A model generated the notes under the pieces. The model ran no database searches, was not told the origin of the DNA, and worked only from the letters and a program-made list of their open reading frames with translations. A stretch of 48,915 nt of DNA from a virus, in the IMG/VR virus record IMGVR_UViG_3300050500_000499; one strand, written 5' to 3'. Positions 1 to 7,080 of this stretch are shown here, piece after piece (positions within the stretch are counted from its first letter, which is position 1; every line of letters starts with the position of its first letter). Made by a program: the position numbers and the translations under genes.

Positions 1-127
1 TGTAGCATTGAGCTTGGTCCTTTCGGGTTTGGGTTTCAGTTTTGCAGTTCGGATTCGATCTCGCTGATCGTGTAGAGACGATCGACGATCTCTTTGCCGT
101 AGCGATCCATGTTCTCGACCGCGCCAG
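1..127. repeat. Terminal direct repeat copy 1, identical to 48789..48915. Implies a circular or terminally redundant genome of 48,788 bp.
   Basis: Read by eye: tgtagcattgagcttggtcc...gttctcgaccgcgccag occurs at 1-127 and again at 48789-48915. It cuts through coding sequence (vWA start codon and a 59-aa ORF), so it behaves as an end overlap, not a functional element. Confidence 0.9.
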
Positions 128-215
128 TGCGTTTCAGTTCGTCTTGCAGCTTGCGAAAGTTCTTTTCATTGATGCGCCAGACGGCGCCCATCATCGTGAC
201 GTGTTTCATGTTCAT
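36..215 (-). CDS. Hypothetical small protein, 59 aa, absent from the supplied ORF track.
   Basis: Reverse-strand ATG at 215 and TGA at 36-38, with GGGAG 4 nt upstream (aagggagcaATG). Translation MNMKHVTMMGAVWRINEKNFRKLQDELKRTGAVENMDRYGKEIVDRLYTISEIESELQN. It fills the gap between 223..597 and the vWA start across the junction. Confidence 0.6.
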   Translation of the reverse strand: MNMKHVTMMGAVWRINEKNFRKLQDELKRTGAVENMDRYGKEIVDRLYTISEIESELQN

Positions 216-222
216 TGCTCCC

Positions 223-597
223 TTATAGCATGTCGATTGTGGGGGCGGTGGCTTTTGGCGCGGGGGCTGCGCTTTGGGCTTTGGCCTCCTCGCGCTTGCG
301 CATCAGGGTCTCTTGCCAGCGTTTGTGGGCCTCGTGGTCAGGCTCCACTTTTGCGGCATCGATGCAAGAGAAGCAGATCGGCACATACTCGATGGGCATG
401 GAAGTGGCGATGATCTCGTAATCGGTGGGCCATGCGGCGCGGGAGCGGGCGGGCATTAGGCGGCGCAGGGTGTTGCCTTGAGTGATGGACTCGTAGACTT
501 TGCTCCATCGGGCGGTGTGGCCACAGGACAGACAGGATTGCGAGTGCAAGTGGACGGCGATATGGGGAAGTGTGGGGTCGGCGTTGTGCGAGTTCAT
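223..597 (-). CDS. Hypothetical zinc-ribbon-like protein, 124 aa.
   Basis: Two CxxC pairs (CLSCGH, CFSCID) followed by a K/E/A-rich tail. Lies on the coding strand of the leftward block, with AAAGG upstream of the ATG. Confidence 0.6.
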   Translation of the reverse strand: MNSHNADPTLPHIAVHLHSQSCLSCGHTARWSKVYESITQGNTLRRLMPARSRAAWPTDYEIIATSMPIEYVPICFSCIDAAKVEPDHEAHKRWQETLMRKREEAKAQSAAPAPKATAPTIDML

Positions 598-630
598 TGG
601 TCGATGCCTTTGGTGGCTGCGAGCAAGGGA

Positions 631-652
631 GGGCTGCCCTTTCGGGCAGCCC
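631..652 (-). terminator. Perfect 9-bp GC stem-loop after the stop of 660..854. It has no U-tract.
   Basis: gggctgccc tttc gggcagccc. On the reverse strand the loop is GAAA. It lies 8 nt downstream of the stop of the upstream gene. The lack of a T-run makes intrinsic termination uncertain. Confidence 0.35.
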
Positions 653-659
653 GATGGAA

Positions 660-854
660 CTACTTGTTAAGGATCGGCTTGAGAGCCTTGCCCCACTCGA
701 CCATCACTTCATCAGCTGCCGAGCTATTGACCAACTCAGAGGCCCAATCGAAGCAGGTCCCTCTCGATCTCCACCACAGGGGCTTGTGAGAGGGATCGCT
801 CTGGATATCCTGCACCGTCAGAGGCGCAATCAGATTGCTTCTCGGATCAGTCAT
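660..854 (-). CDS. Hypothetical protein, 64 aa.
   Basis: ATG preceded by ctaggagcgacac (AGGAG). No recognisable motif. Confidence 0.55.
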   Translation of the reverse strand: MTDPRSNLIAPLTVQDIQSDPSHKPLWWRSRGTCFDWASELVNSSAADEVMVEWGKALKPILNK

Positions 855-888
855 GTGTCGCTCCTAGGGGTTGTGGGGGCGTTGAGTC

Positions 889-932
889 GGCCCCAAGGGC
901 CTATATTGCCATGCAACATGGGCCCCTTTCAA
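889..932 (-). promoter_or_regulatory. Copy of the GGGGCC/GGCCCC long-loop stem-loop family, in an intergenic position.
   Basis: The reverse strand reads GAAAGGGGCCCATGTTGCATGGCAATATAGGCCCTTGGGGCC, close to the copy at 17684-17720. TTGAAA-N18-CAATAT can also be read through it. Confidence 0.45.
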
Positions 933-1011
933 TGCGGCAAAGTGTCGCACCTATCATGATACCGCACCGTGATACTATCTATAAACACTCAGTGGCGCGC
1001 TCTCTCGAGGA

Positions 1012-1971
1012 TCATGGCGCGCTCGACGTGGCGCTCGCATGGTATGAGTGACCGAGCTTGGCCACTGCGTAGGGCTCGGTCACGGGGAGGCCTTCGAGGG
1101 TGCGCCACCGGACCCAGAACTCCGCAAGAAACATCTTGACCATGTACCGCTTGGCAGCGTTGTTAATGCGACCGGGCGTCCAGAGGCGGCTGACGTCCTC
1201 CCCGGCCTTGCGGCGTTTCTTCCAGTCGTTGGTGCTGCAGCGCTCGCGGGCAGGATCGGTCTCGAGGCGGTTCTTGTAGTCATCGTATACGGCGCGCCAG
1301 GGTGAGGCCTTCCGCATGAACCCGCCGGTGAGGACTCCCATCAGTTTGGACTTGAGAAATGGGTTGTAGGTGACGCTGTCGCGGAGTGCGGTGTCGCCAG
1401 CGGCAGTGGTGTACTCGCGCTGGACGAGGTGTTCCTTGCGGCGGGACCGACCGCTGCCCCCGGCCACATCCAGCCCCGCGTACTTCCAGAAGCTAGAAAT
1501 GTGCCGGGCCTTGTGGGGGTTGAAGTAGGTGATGAGGACTCCGGCCATAGCTGGGCCGATGCCGTAGACCTGGGAGAGGTAAGTATCGTAGATGGGGATG
1601 CCCTCTAGAAGAAGGAGGAGCTGTTGAAACTGGACGCGTTCCTGGCGCTCAATTTGGAAGAACTGATTCGTTAGGACTAGCTCAGAGTAGTCGGAGATCA
1701 GCTCGTCGCCGGTGAAGCCCTCCCGTTCGGGGAGGGTGCGGTTCCGTGCCACGCCCTCTGTGAGTGTTCGATAGGAGGTACGGATGCGGTCAATGATCTT
1801 CTCGGCCTCCTCTTCGGCGGCCTCGGATTGCGGGTCGGGCTTGATGAGGCCTAGTTTGGCGCGGAAGTTTGCGCACAGGCGCAAACCGGCCTGCATTCGA
1901 AGCATCTGGAGATCGTAGGCCCCGCTGACCATGCAGCGGAGGGCGGTGATCTGTGAGTCTCGGTCAGTCAT
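1012..1971 (-). CDS. IS110-family Tnp-domain (Transposase_20, HhH)-like protein without a DEDD/RuvC-like domain, 319 aa.
   Basis: VYGIGPAMAGVLITYF, SSFWKYAGLDVAGGSGRSRRK and YNPFLKSKLMGV match the IS110 C-terminal signature (IPGIGxxTAxxLLAEIG, AAYAGLxPxxxxSG, GNxxLRxxL). The N-terminal 130 aa are helical and lack any GIDVAK-type DEDD start. Start has a GGGAG RBS. Confidence 0.6.
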   Translation of the reverse strand: MTDRDSQITALRCMVSGAYDLQMLRMQAGLRLCANFRAKLGLIKPDPQSEAAEEEAEKIIDRIRTSYRTLTEGVARNRTLPEREGFTGDELISDYSELVLTNQFFQIERQERVQFQQLLLLLEGIPIYDTYLSQVYGIGPAMAGVLITYFNPHKARHISSFWKYAGLDVAGGSGRSRRKEHLVQREYTTAAGDTALRDSVTYNPFLKSKLMGVLTGGFMRKASPWRAVYDDYKNRLETDPARERCSTNDWKKRRKAGEDVSRLWTPGRINNAAKRYMVKMFLAEFWVRWRTLEGLPVTEPYAVAKLGHSYHASATSSAP

Positions 1972-1994
1972 TAGTCGCTCCCTAGGACTTCATA

Positions 1995-2086
1995 GCACGC
2001 TGATGGGAGGTGGGTTGCTAGAATATGGTGGCACGCTGATCGAAGGTTGGGTTACTCGATGCTTGTGGCACGCTGAAGGCTCGCGG
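1995..2086. repeat. Three direct iteron-like repeats of GCACGCTGA, spaced 36-37 bp, upstream of the Tnp-like gene.
   Basis: GCACGCTGA begins at 1995, 2031 and 2068. The first two units extend to about 27 nt (gcacgctgatgggaggtgggttgct and gcacgctgatcgaaggttgggttact). They are followed by ggctcgcgg-ctc-ggctcgcgg. Confidence 0.6.
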
Positions 2087-2118
2087 CTCGGCTCGCGGAT
2101 CATGGCCCGGGCTCGCTT

Positions 2119-2520
2119 TTACTCCTTTTTCCACTTCTCGAGGATGGATTCTTCGACGTGGGACTGCGATGGGGGCGGCGTCGGTGTCGGTTCTGGGGCG
2201 CCCTTGCGCTCTTGTTCGGCTCGTAGCTGGTCCATGTAAAGGCGGAGGGCAGCGGCTTTTTCGTCGTCGATAGGAGTGGCAGGTGCGGTTGACGCTGTTG
2301 CTAGGGCTTGAGTGTGGACGGCTGCGTCGTGTTGAGTAATGTAGGCCGGGGGGCGCTTGCGGGCACGAAGGCGGGAGGCTTTGTCACGACAGCGTTTGTG
2401 GCAGTAGATTTGTTCTGCTTTGAGGGGCATAAATTCGCGTTGGCAAACGAGGCAGGTGATGGGCTTGAGGGGGGATGCGGCGGCGAGGCCGGGGATGCGG
2501 AAGGGGGGGATGCGGAACAT
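2119..2520 (-). CDS. Hypothetical zinc-ribbon protein, first gene of the leftward block, 133 aa.
   Basis: CLVCQ...CHKRC motif followed by a basic segment (RLRARKRP). Duplicated acaaggag RBS, with AAGGAG 8 nt before the ATG. Confidence 0.65.
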   Translation of the reverse strand: MFRIPPFRIPGLAAASPLKPITCLVCQREFMPLKAEQIYCHKRCRDKASRLRARKRPPAYITQHDAAVHTQALATASTAPATPIDDEKAAALRLYMDQLRAEQERKGAPEPTPTPPPSQSHVEESILEKWKKE

Positions 2521-2894
2521 GGGGTGGCTCCTTGTTCTCCTTGTTCTGGTTGTGGGGAGAGTAGCATGGTTTGGGGTGGGGGGATGCGAAAAGGGGCCAA
2601 GGGCCCTTTTGCTGCGCCTACCTTCCTGCCTGCCTGCCTGCCTTCTACGCCCCCCTGCGGGGGCGGCAAGGGCCGTTTTCTGTAGAGTAGGGTAGGTTGA
2701 TTTTGTTCTTAGAGTAAATTTTTTTTATCTACTTCCTGAAAAGGCACCTACCCGCCTCTCGGTGGAAAGGTGCACCCCCCTGGAGGGTGGGAGGGAGGGA
2801 TGGTAGGTGCGCGTAATGGGGCCCGCTGCAATCGGCAATTCGTCCAGGTTTCATAATCCAGGAAGTCTGGCTCACGTCCGCAGGGGGTGTGGCG

Positions 2895-2946
2895 AAAAGG
2901 TGCCATGTTGGCCCCCGGCATGGGCCCCTTGTGGCAGAATTGTCAC
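2895..2946 (-). promoter_or_regulatory. Stem-loop family copy with an upstream TGACAATTC box. Candidate leftward early promoter.
   Basis: The reverse strand reads GTGACAATTCTGCCACAAGGGGCCCATGCCGGGGGCCAACATGGCACCTTTT. This parallels TTGACAATTCCGGGAAAGGGGCCTATGCT at 44008-44036, but the -10 here (CATGCC) is poor. Confidence 0.3.
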
Positions 2947-2971
2947 GTGAAAAAATATTTGGTCGGGGGGC

Positions 2972-3000
2972 TTGACTCGCCCCCGCCGCTTTGCTAGATT
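2972..3000 (+). promoter_or_regulatory. Sigma70-type promoter for the rightward block.
   Basis: TTGACT (2972-2977), a 17-nt spacer, then TAGATT (2995-3000), 47 nt upstream of the ATG at 3047. Confidence 0.6.
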
Positions 3001-3009
3001 GCTTGGCAC

Positions 3010-3027
3010 GGTAGCAATGGTGCTACC
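3010..3027 (+). other. 5' UTR stem-loop of the first rightward transcript.
   Basis: ggtagca-atgg-tgctacc: a 7-bp stem with a 4-nt loop, just downstream of the predicted start site. Confidence 0.4.
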
Positions 3028-3046
3028 GATGGAAGGGAATTGAGCT

Positions 3047-3676
3047 ATGGCGAAAAATAAGCGCAGTGACCGGGCCCGCATCGACGCCGATGGCAAGGAG
3101 ATCCTGGACGTAGGTAATGCCGCCGGTGCGCGGTACAGCCTTGTGCAGCAGGACGGGGTTGACGCCGACGGCGACCCCAAGTACAAGTCAGTCGAGGACT
3201 TCGACGTATACCTTGACCCGCAGCACCCCAAGTACATAGGCGATTTCGGCGTTATCGCCTTTGCTACCATCGGCGTCCACACCAAGGTGGGTAATGTGGC
3301 CAATACCGTGCTGAACAATAAGGAAAAGCCCGGTACGCTGGATGATGCCCGAAATGCCATTACGGATTTCCTGAACGGAGTTCGGGAGGGTCAGTGGCGG
3401 GAACCGGGTGCGGCCATCGGCCCGCGCTACGACGTGGCGATTCTGGCCACAGCGATCGCTCAGGTCACGGGCAAGCCCGAGTCGGATTATACCGGCAAAA
3501 TGGACTGGCGAGTTGACCAGCGAACGGGAGGGCGGGTTGCCCCCGGTGCGGATGGTAGCTACGCAAAGGGGTCAATTACGTATCCCGCTTTTGCGATGCG
3601 GAACAAGGCAGTTGCGGCCAAGTATGCCGAACTCGGTGGTGCGACCGGCAAGGAAGTGGACCTGTCCGCACTCTGA
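3047..3676 (+). CDS. Hypothetical protein, first rightward gene, 209 aa.
   Basis: GAAGGGA RBS. Flanked by its own promoter and a downstream stem-loop. No motif recognised. Confidence 0.7.
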   Translation: MAKNKRSDRARIDADGKEILDVGNAAGARYSLVQQDGVDADGDPKYKSVEDFDVYLDPQHPKYIGDFGVIAFATIGVHTKVGNVANTVLNNKEKPGTLDDARNAITDFLNGVREGQWREPGAAIGPRYDVAILATAIAQVTGKPESDYTGKMDWRVDQRTGGRVAPGADGSYAKGSITYPAFAMRNKAVAAKYAELGGATGKEVDLSAL

Positions 3677-3701
3677 ACGCACTGACTAGCTGCGCGTTGT
3701 G

Positions 3702-3723
3702 GCCAGGGCCTACGGGCCCTGGC
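3702..3723 (+). terminator. GC-rich stem-loop after the first rightward gene.
   Basis: gccagggcc-tacg-ggccctggc: a perfect 9-bp stem 26 nt after the stop. There is no clear T-tract. GGGGGGCCCCCC (about 3771-3782) and aaaagggcccctttc (3828-3842) palindromes follow. Confidence 0.4.
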
Positions 3724-3886
3724 TGCGTTCTGTAGCCCGGCGCGCTTGCGCGGCCCCGCCCCCCAGGGCCAGGGGGGCCCCCCTCTATCGCTTTGCCACT
3801 TCCGCCGCGCGGAGTATTTTTGAAAGGAAAAGGGCCCCTTTCACTGTGGTCGCCCCACTCCTTTTCCTTTCCCCTATCCTTGCCCC

Positions 3887-4519
3887 ATGACTTTCACCAT
3901 GAACGCCGAACTCCACCCCGGAACCAAGTCGTGGCGCCCCACGCGCATCCGCTATTGGTATGAGTCGATTATCGACCAACTGCTGATCGATCCTTCGCTG
4001 AGCCAGCGCGAAATCGCCCGCCGCCTTGGCCGCAGCGAGGTGACGATCGGCACCGTGATGAACAGCGACATCTTCCGCGCCCTTTACGAGCAGCGGCGGA
4101 CCAAGGTTAATGCCGAGCTTCAGGAAAAGATCAATAGCCGATTGCTCGGGCTGGCCATCGACGCCATCGACATCACGCACGAGAAGTTGAAGCTCCAACG
4201 CGACAAGATTCCGTTCGAGGACCTGGTCGATGTCACGGATAAAACGCTCACGAGGCTCGGCTACGGGACCGCGAAAGCGGGCGGGCAAACAGCCGTCGTC
4301 GTCAACAACACGACGCAAATTGTTGCGCCAGTTAGCACTGACCAACTCGAGGCTGCACGGGAAAAATTCCTGAACTTGCAGCGCGCAAAGCTTGTAGCGG
4401 AGCCGGCCCTCCCCGAAGGGGAAAGCGCGCCCTCCGAGGATCTCGCGGCGGAAGTCGAGAAAGAGAATGTGGAGCTCGATCTCGCGGACGCCATCCCGCC
4501 TGGAGCAGAGCTGCTCTAA
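3887..4519 (+). CDS. HTH DNA-binding protein, candidate small terminase subunit, 210 aa.
   Basis: LSQREIARRLGRSEVTIGTVMN is a helix-turn-helix. It is followed by a helical middle region and an acidic tail. The reverse ORF 3785..4534 is a GC-rich shadow. Confidence 0.55.
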   Translation: MTFTMNAELHPGTKSWRPTRIRYWYESIIDQLLIDPSLSQREIARRLGRSEVTIGTVMNSDIFRALYEQRRTKVNAELQEKINSRLLGLAIDAIDITHEKLKLQRDKIPFEDLVDVTDKTLTRLGYGTAKAGGQTAVVVNNTTQIVAPVSTDQLEAAREKFLNLQRAKLVAEPALPEGESAPSEDLAAEVEKENVELDLADAIPPGAELL

Positions 4520-5073
4520 TGACAGAGGCACCATTAGAGCCAGCTCTATATCTAGGGGTCAGCGCTCCTGCCACCAGCAGCGCCGCCCCCTTGCTCCTTC
4601 CGCCGCGAGGCTTTAAGCCGGCAGGAACTCCGTTCTATGTTGAACCGTGTGCTAATCCTTATACACATCGCAGCAGAAGCACGAAGGTCCAAAAGGCAGG
4701 ACTGGCATATGAGAAAAAGGCGAAGGATTTCCTCCGCCGCCGCTTTGGCTCCCGGCTCGACCTCGGACCTTGGTACAAGTTCTTCGACGGCCACCGGACG
4801 CGATACTGCCAGCCCGACGCCGTTGTGCAGGATGAGGCATTGGGAATTTTGATTGTCGAAATCAAGTTGCGCTTTTCCGATCTGGCGTGGTGGCAGTTAA
4901 AGGAACTCTATGCTCCGGTGATTCGGAAATATTTCCAGGTAAAGCATTTGCGTCTGCTCTGTTTGTGCAAGTCGTTTGATCCGGCCGTCGTGGTGCCGGA
5001 AATCGTGCCGCTCATCGATAACTTCGATCCTCGCATCGAGGATTGTGTTTACGCCCAACTTTGGAGGCCCTAA
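4519..5073 (+). CDS. PD-(D/E)xK nuclease-fold protein, 184 aa.
   Basis: CQPDAVVQDEALGILIVEIKLR gives PD...ExK with a 14-residue spacing. TAATG start/stop overlap with the HTH gene. Confidence 0.55.
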   Translation: MTEAPLEPALYLGVSAPATSSAAPLLLPPRGFKPAGTPFYVEPCANPYTHRSRSTKVQKAGLAYEKKAKDFLRRRFGSRLDLGPWYKFFDGHRTRYCQPDAVVQDEALGILIVEIKLRFSDLAWWQLKELYAPVIRKYFQVKHLRLLCLCKSFDPAVVVPEIVPLIDNFDPRIEDCVYAQLWRP

Positions 5074-5369
5074 TGGCCAATGCGCTCGTTGCTGAAATTG
5101 CGGACATGGCGAACATTGGTGGGATGGTCGGCCAAGTTCCAGCATATCCGCCTATTGCCGAGCAGGTGCTGGCAATTGGGAGCGAGGTCAAGTCTGCCGC
5201 CTTCAATAATTCGACGCGCTTCATTCGGCTGTATGCTGAGTCTGCCTGCCATATTGCTGTGGGCGAGGACCCGACGGCGACAACGTCGATGACCAAGCTG
5301 GGGGCGGGGCAGACCGAATACTTTGGCGTGCGGCGCGGCTACAAAATCAGCGTCATCGCGGGAGTGTGA
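5073..5369 (+). CDS. Hypothetical protein, 98 aa.
   Basis: ATG at 5073 follows a GGAGG RBS and overlaps the upstream TAA. The track start at 5043 lies inside the upstream gene. Confidence 0.6.
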   Translation: MANALVAEIADMANIGGMVGQVPAYPPIAEQVLAIGSEVKSAAFNNSTRFIRLYAESACHIAVGEDPTATTSMTKLGAGQTEYFGVRRGYKISVIAGV

Positions 5370-5370
5370 A

Positions 5371-5532
5371 ATGACCCTCGGGCTCGCCTTTTGGATTCTA
5401 ATGATGCTCTGGCTGGTGTTTGGCCTGTGGTGGAATTGGCCGAATTACGGTCCCGTCGGGAGCAAATTTTTGCTCTTTCTCTTGCTGGTGCTGTTGGGCT
5501 GGAAAGCCTTCGGCCCTCCAATTCACGGCTGA
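5371..5532 (+). CDS. Small membrane protein with two predicted TM helices, 53 aa.
   Basis: MTLGLAFWILMMLWLVFGLWWNW...FLLFLLLVLLGWKAF. The ATG lies 1 nt after the upstream stop. Confidence 0.55.
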   Translation: MTLGLAFWILMMLWLVFGLWWNWPNYGPVGSKFLLFLLLVLLGWKAFGPPIHG

Positions 5533-5533
5533 C

Positions 5534-5629
5534 ATGATCTACGGACTCGGCTATTTGACTCTGGTGCTGCTCTGGCTAGGGCTGGGGCTCGGTCTGTGCC
5601 TGCTGATAGGAGGCTCGAATGCAAATTAA
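5534..5629 (+). CDS. Possible 31-aa single-TM peptide.
   Basis: MIYGLGYLTLVLLWLGLGLGLCLLIGGSNAN. The ATG lies 1 nt after the previous stop and the ORF overlaps the next start by 11 nt. It is short, so uncertain. Confidence 0.35.
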   Translation: MIYGLGYLTLVLLWLGLGLGLCLLIGGSNAN

Positions 5630-6116
5630 TCAAGGAACCAGTGTCAGCGATGCGCTCTTGCGCATTCTGTCTGATCCGGTGAAAACGAAGCAAGAGCTTG
5701 AGCGCCTCGAGGGAATTCGGATCGACGCCGAGGCTTCGATTGCGAAAGCCGAGGAGGCCCGCAAACAGGCTGACGCTACGGCGGCCGCTATCGAAAAAGC
5801 GCAAGCGGAGCACAAAGCACAAATCGAGGCGGGCAAACGCTTGCTCGATGATGGGCTAAAGGCGGTCCAGCAAAAGGAGCAGGACTTGGTTAGGCGGGAA
5901 AAATTGCTCGCAGATCGGCAGCAGGAGAACGAGTACAAGCTCTCCTCGATTGCCGACGCCGAGTCGAGGCTCGACAAAAAGGCCGTCGAGATCAATGAGC
6001 GAATGGAGGATATTCGCATAAAGGAAAGCGCGCTGGCGGCGCAGAGTAAAGCGTTGGAACAGCGCGAGCTCGAACTCAAGAATAGGTTCGATCAACTCCG
6101 GCAGCTTGCCGGCTGA
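5619..6116 (+). CDS. Coiled-coil protein, 165 aa.
   Basis: AGGAGG RBS. The sequence is dominated by E/K/A/Q/L heptad-like stretches. Confidence 0.65.
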   Translation: MQINQGTSVSDALLRILSDPVKTKQELERLEGIRIDAEASIAKAEEARKQADATAAAIEKAQAEHKAQIEAGKRLLDDGLKAVQQKEQDLVRREKLLADRQQENEYKLSSIADAESRLDKKAVEINERMEDIRIKESALAAQSKALEQRELELKNRFDQLRQLAG

Positions 6117-6143
6117 CCCTAGAACGCTGAAAGGGATTCCTCC

Positions 6144-6560
6144 ATGTCGAAAGCTGACGGATTCGAAACTTCGCTGCTCCAGCTTCTGTTCACGGCCACC
6201 ACGATTGTGGGGGTGGCGAGCGGAATCACGGGCTCTTATTGGCTCTCGCTACATTTCGCCGATCCAGGCGAGGCGGGCAACCAGGCAAGCTCTGAAACGG
6301 GCTACGGCGGTTATGCACGCCAGAGCGTTGCGCGCACGACAGCCGGCTTTACGATAACGGGTTCGCAGGTGACGCTCACGGCCAGCGTCACCTTTCCGCA
6401 GAGCACAAATACGGCCAGCACGATCACGCATTTCGGCGTGGGCACTGTTTCGCAAGGCTCGACCACGCTGTTCTATAGCGGAACCGTAACGCCCAACATT
6501 ACGATCAATACCAACGTCACACCTGCGCTCACCACCGGGACAAACATAACGGAGGACTAA
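6144..6560 (+). CDS. Conserved phage protein, fiber- or virion-associated type, 138 aa.
   Basis: SLHFADPGEAGNQASSETGYGGYARQ resembles the LHTxDPG...YARQ motif of a widespread small phage protein family. The C-terminal half is Thr-rich. Confidence 0.5.
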   Translation: MSKADGFETSLLQLLFTATTIVGVASGITGSYWLSLHFADPGEAGNQASSETGYGGYARQSVARTTAGFTITGSQVTLTASVTFPQSTNTASTITHFGVGTVSQGSTTLFYSGTVTPNITINTNVTPALTTGTNITED

Positions 6561-6866
6561 ATGGGAACGCCACTGACTCCGTCGCAGCTTGCGCATATCG
6601 CCGCGAAAACGAATGAGAGGGGCGCCGAATTCGAGCATCCCTACACTTTTGTGTCGGCAAATGCCGGGGGCGGCGACACGCTGATCCAGATCACGGCCCA
6701 TGTCCTGGTCCAAGACTTCAACGAAACTGGCCAGGACCGAATGGTCAAGGGGTTTTGGGCCAGTTATCCCGAGGGGAATCCGGTCGACATTCCGGCGGTC
6801 AATGCGACGATCGAGGGTGTGCTCGATAATGTGGAAAAGCGGATAAAGCAGGACATTCGTGCCTGA
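6561..6866 (+). CDS. Hypothetical protein, 101 aa.
   Basis: GGAGGA RBS, with the ATG directly after the upstream TAA. Confidence 0.6.
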   Translation: MGTPLTPSQLAHIAAKTNERGAEFEHPYTFVSANAGGGDTLIQITAHVLVQDFNETGQDRMVKGFWASYPEGNPVDIPAVNATIEGVLDNVEKRIKQDIRA

Positions 6867-7080
6867 TGTCGGACAAGGGGTCAAAGTCTATGTGGCGCCA
6901 GACTTCGGGCGTCAAGACGCCGTCGTTGTTGCTGTTTACGCCGACGATGTAATTGACGCTCGCGCCGTCAAAAGTGGTGAATTGATTCAGAGCGTCGTTC
7001 CTGCTATTCGTGGGGACGACGTTTTGTCGTATTGGGCTCCTCTACCGGAAGATTTTATTCCGGGAAGCGAGGGACATTAA
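6859..7080 (+). CDS. Hypothetical protein, 73 aa.
   Basis: GTG start overlapping the upstream stop. The next gene starts immediately after its own stop. Confidence 0.5.
   Translation: MPDVGQGVKVYVAPDFGRQDAVVVAVYADDVIDARAVKSGELIQSVVPAIRGDDVLSYWAPLPEDFIPGSEGH

Larger units (their letters stand above)
2521..3046. promoter_or_regulatory. Divergent intergenic control region between the leftward and rightward blocks.
   Basis: 526 bp without a credible ORF. It contains palindrome aaaaggggcc-aa-gggccctttt (2589-2610), (CCTG)4 at about 2625-2642 and the most AT-rich patch I noticed (2697-2745, including tttttttt). It also has inverted repeat GCACCTACC...GGTAGGTGC (2745-2809) and a consensus-like promoter. 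Confidence 0.7.

Noticed and set aside
1-127. The terminal repeat as a genuine direct terminal repeat or a mobile-element end.
   Set aside because: It is exactly 127 nt long, starts and ends inside coding sequence, and carries no inverted-repeat or att-like features. It is best explained as circular assembly overlap. This is kept as a finding only because it establishes genome completeness.
1012-1971. An IS110-family insertion sequence (mobile element).
   Set aside because: Only the Tnp/HhH half is present. There is no DEDD domain and I saw no terminal or flanking repeats. The gene is embedded in the early operon with a normal RBS and spacing.
2029-2046. TGGCAC in the iterons resembles the -24 box of a sigma54 promoter.
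   Set aside because: The -12 TTGC box is missing at the required 5-nt spacing (TGGCACgctgaTCGA). The orientation is also opposite to the flanking genes.
3785-4534. A long reverse-strand ORF of 249 aa, with similar antisense ORFs at 13368..14477, 15930..16898, 17570..18328, 20004..20795, 21386..22333, 26473..27672 and 29086..30789. Plus-strand ORFs at 38393..39166, 41582..42202, 42445..43140 and 44634..45371 are of the same kind.
   Set aside because: Their translations are Arg/Pro/Ser/Gly-rich and low in complexity, as expected for shadow frames in GC-rich DNA. They lie opposite ORFs with clear motifs and break the otherwise strict strand blocks.
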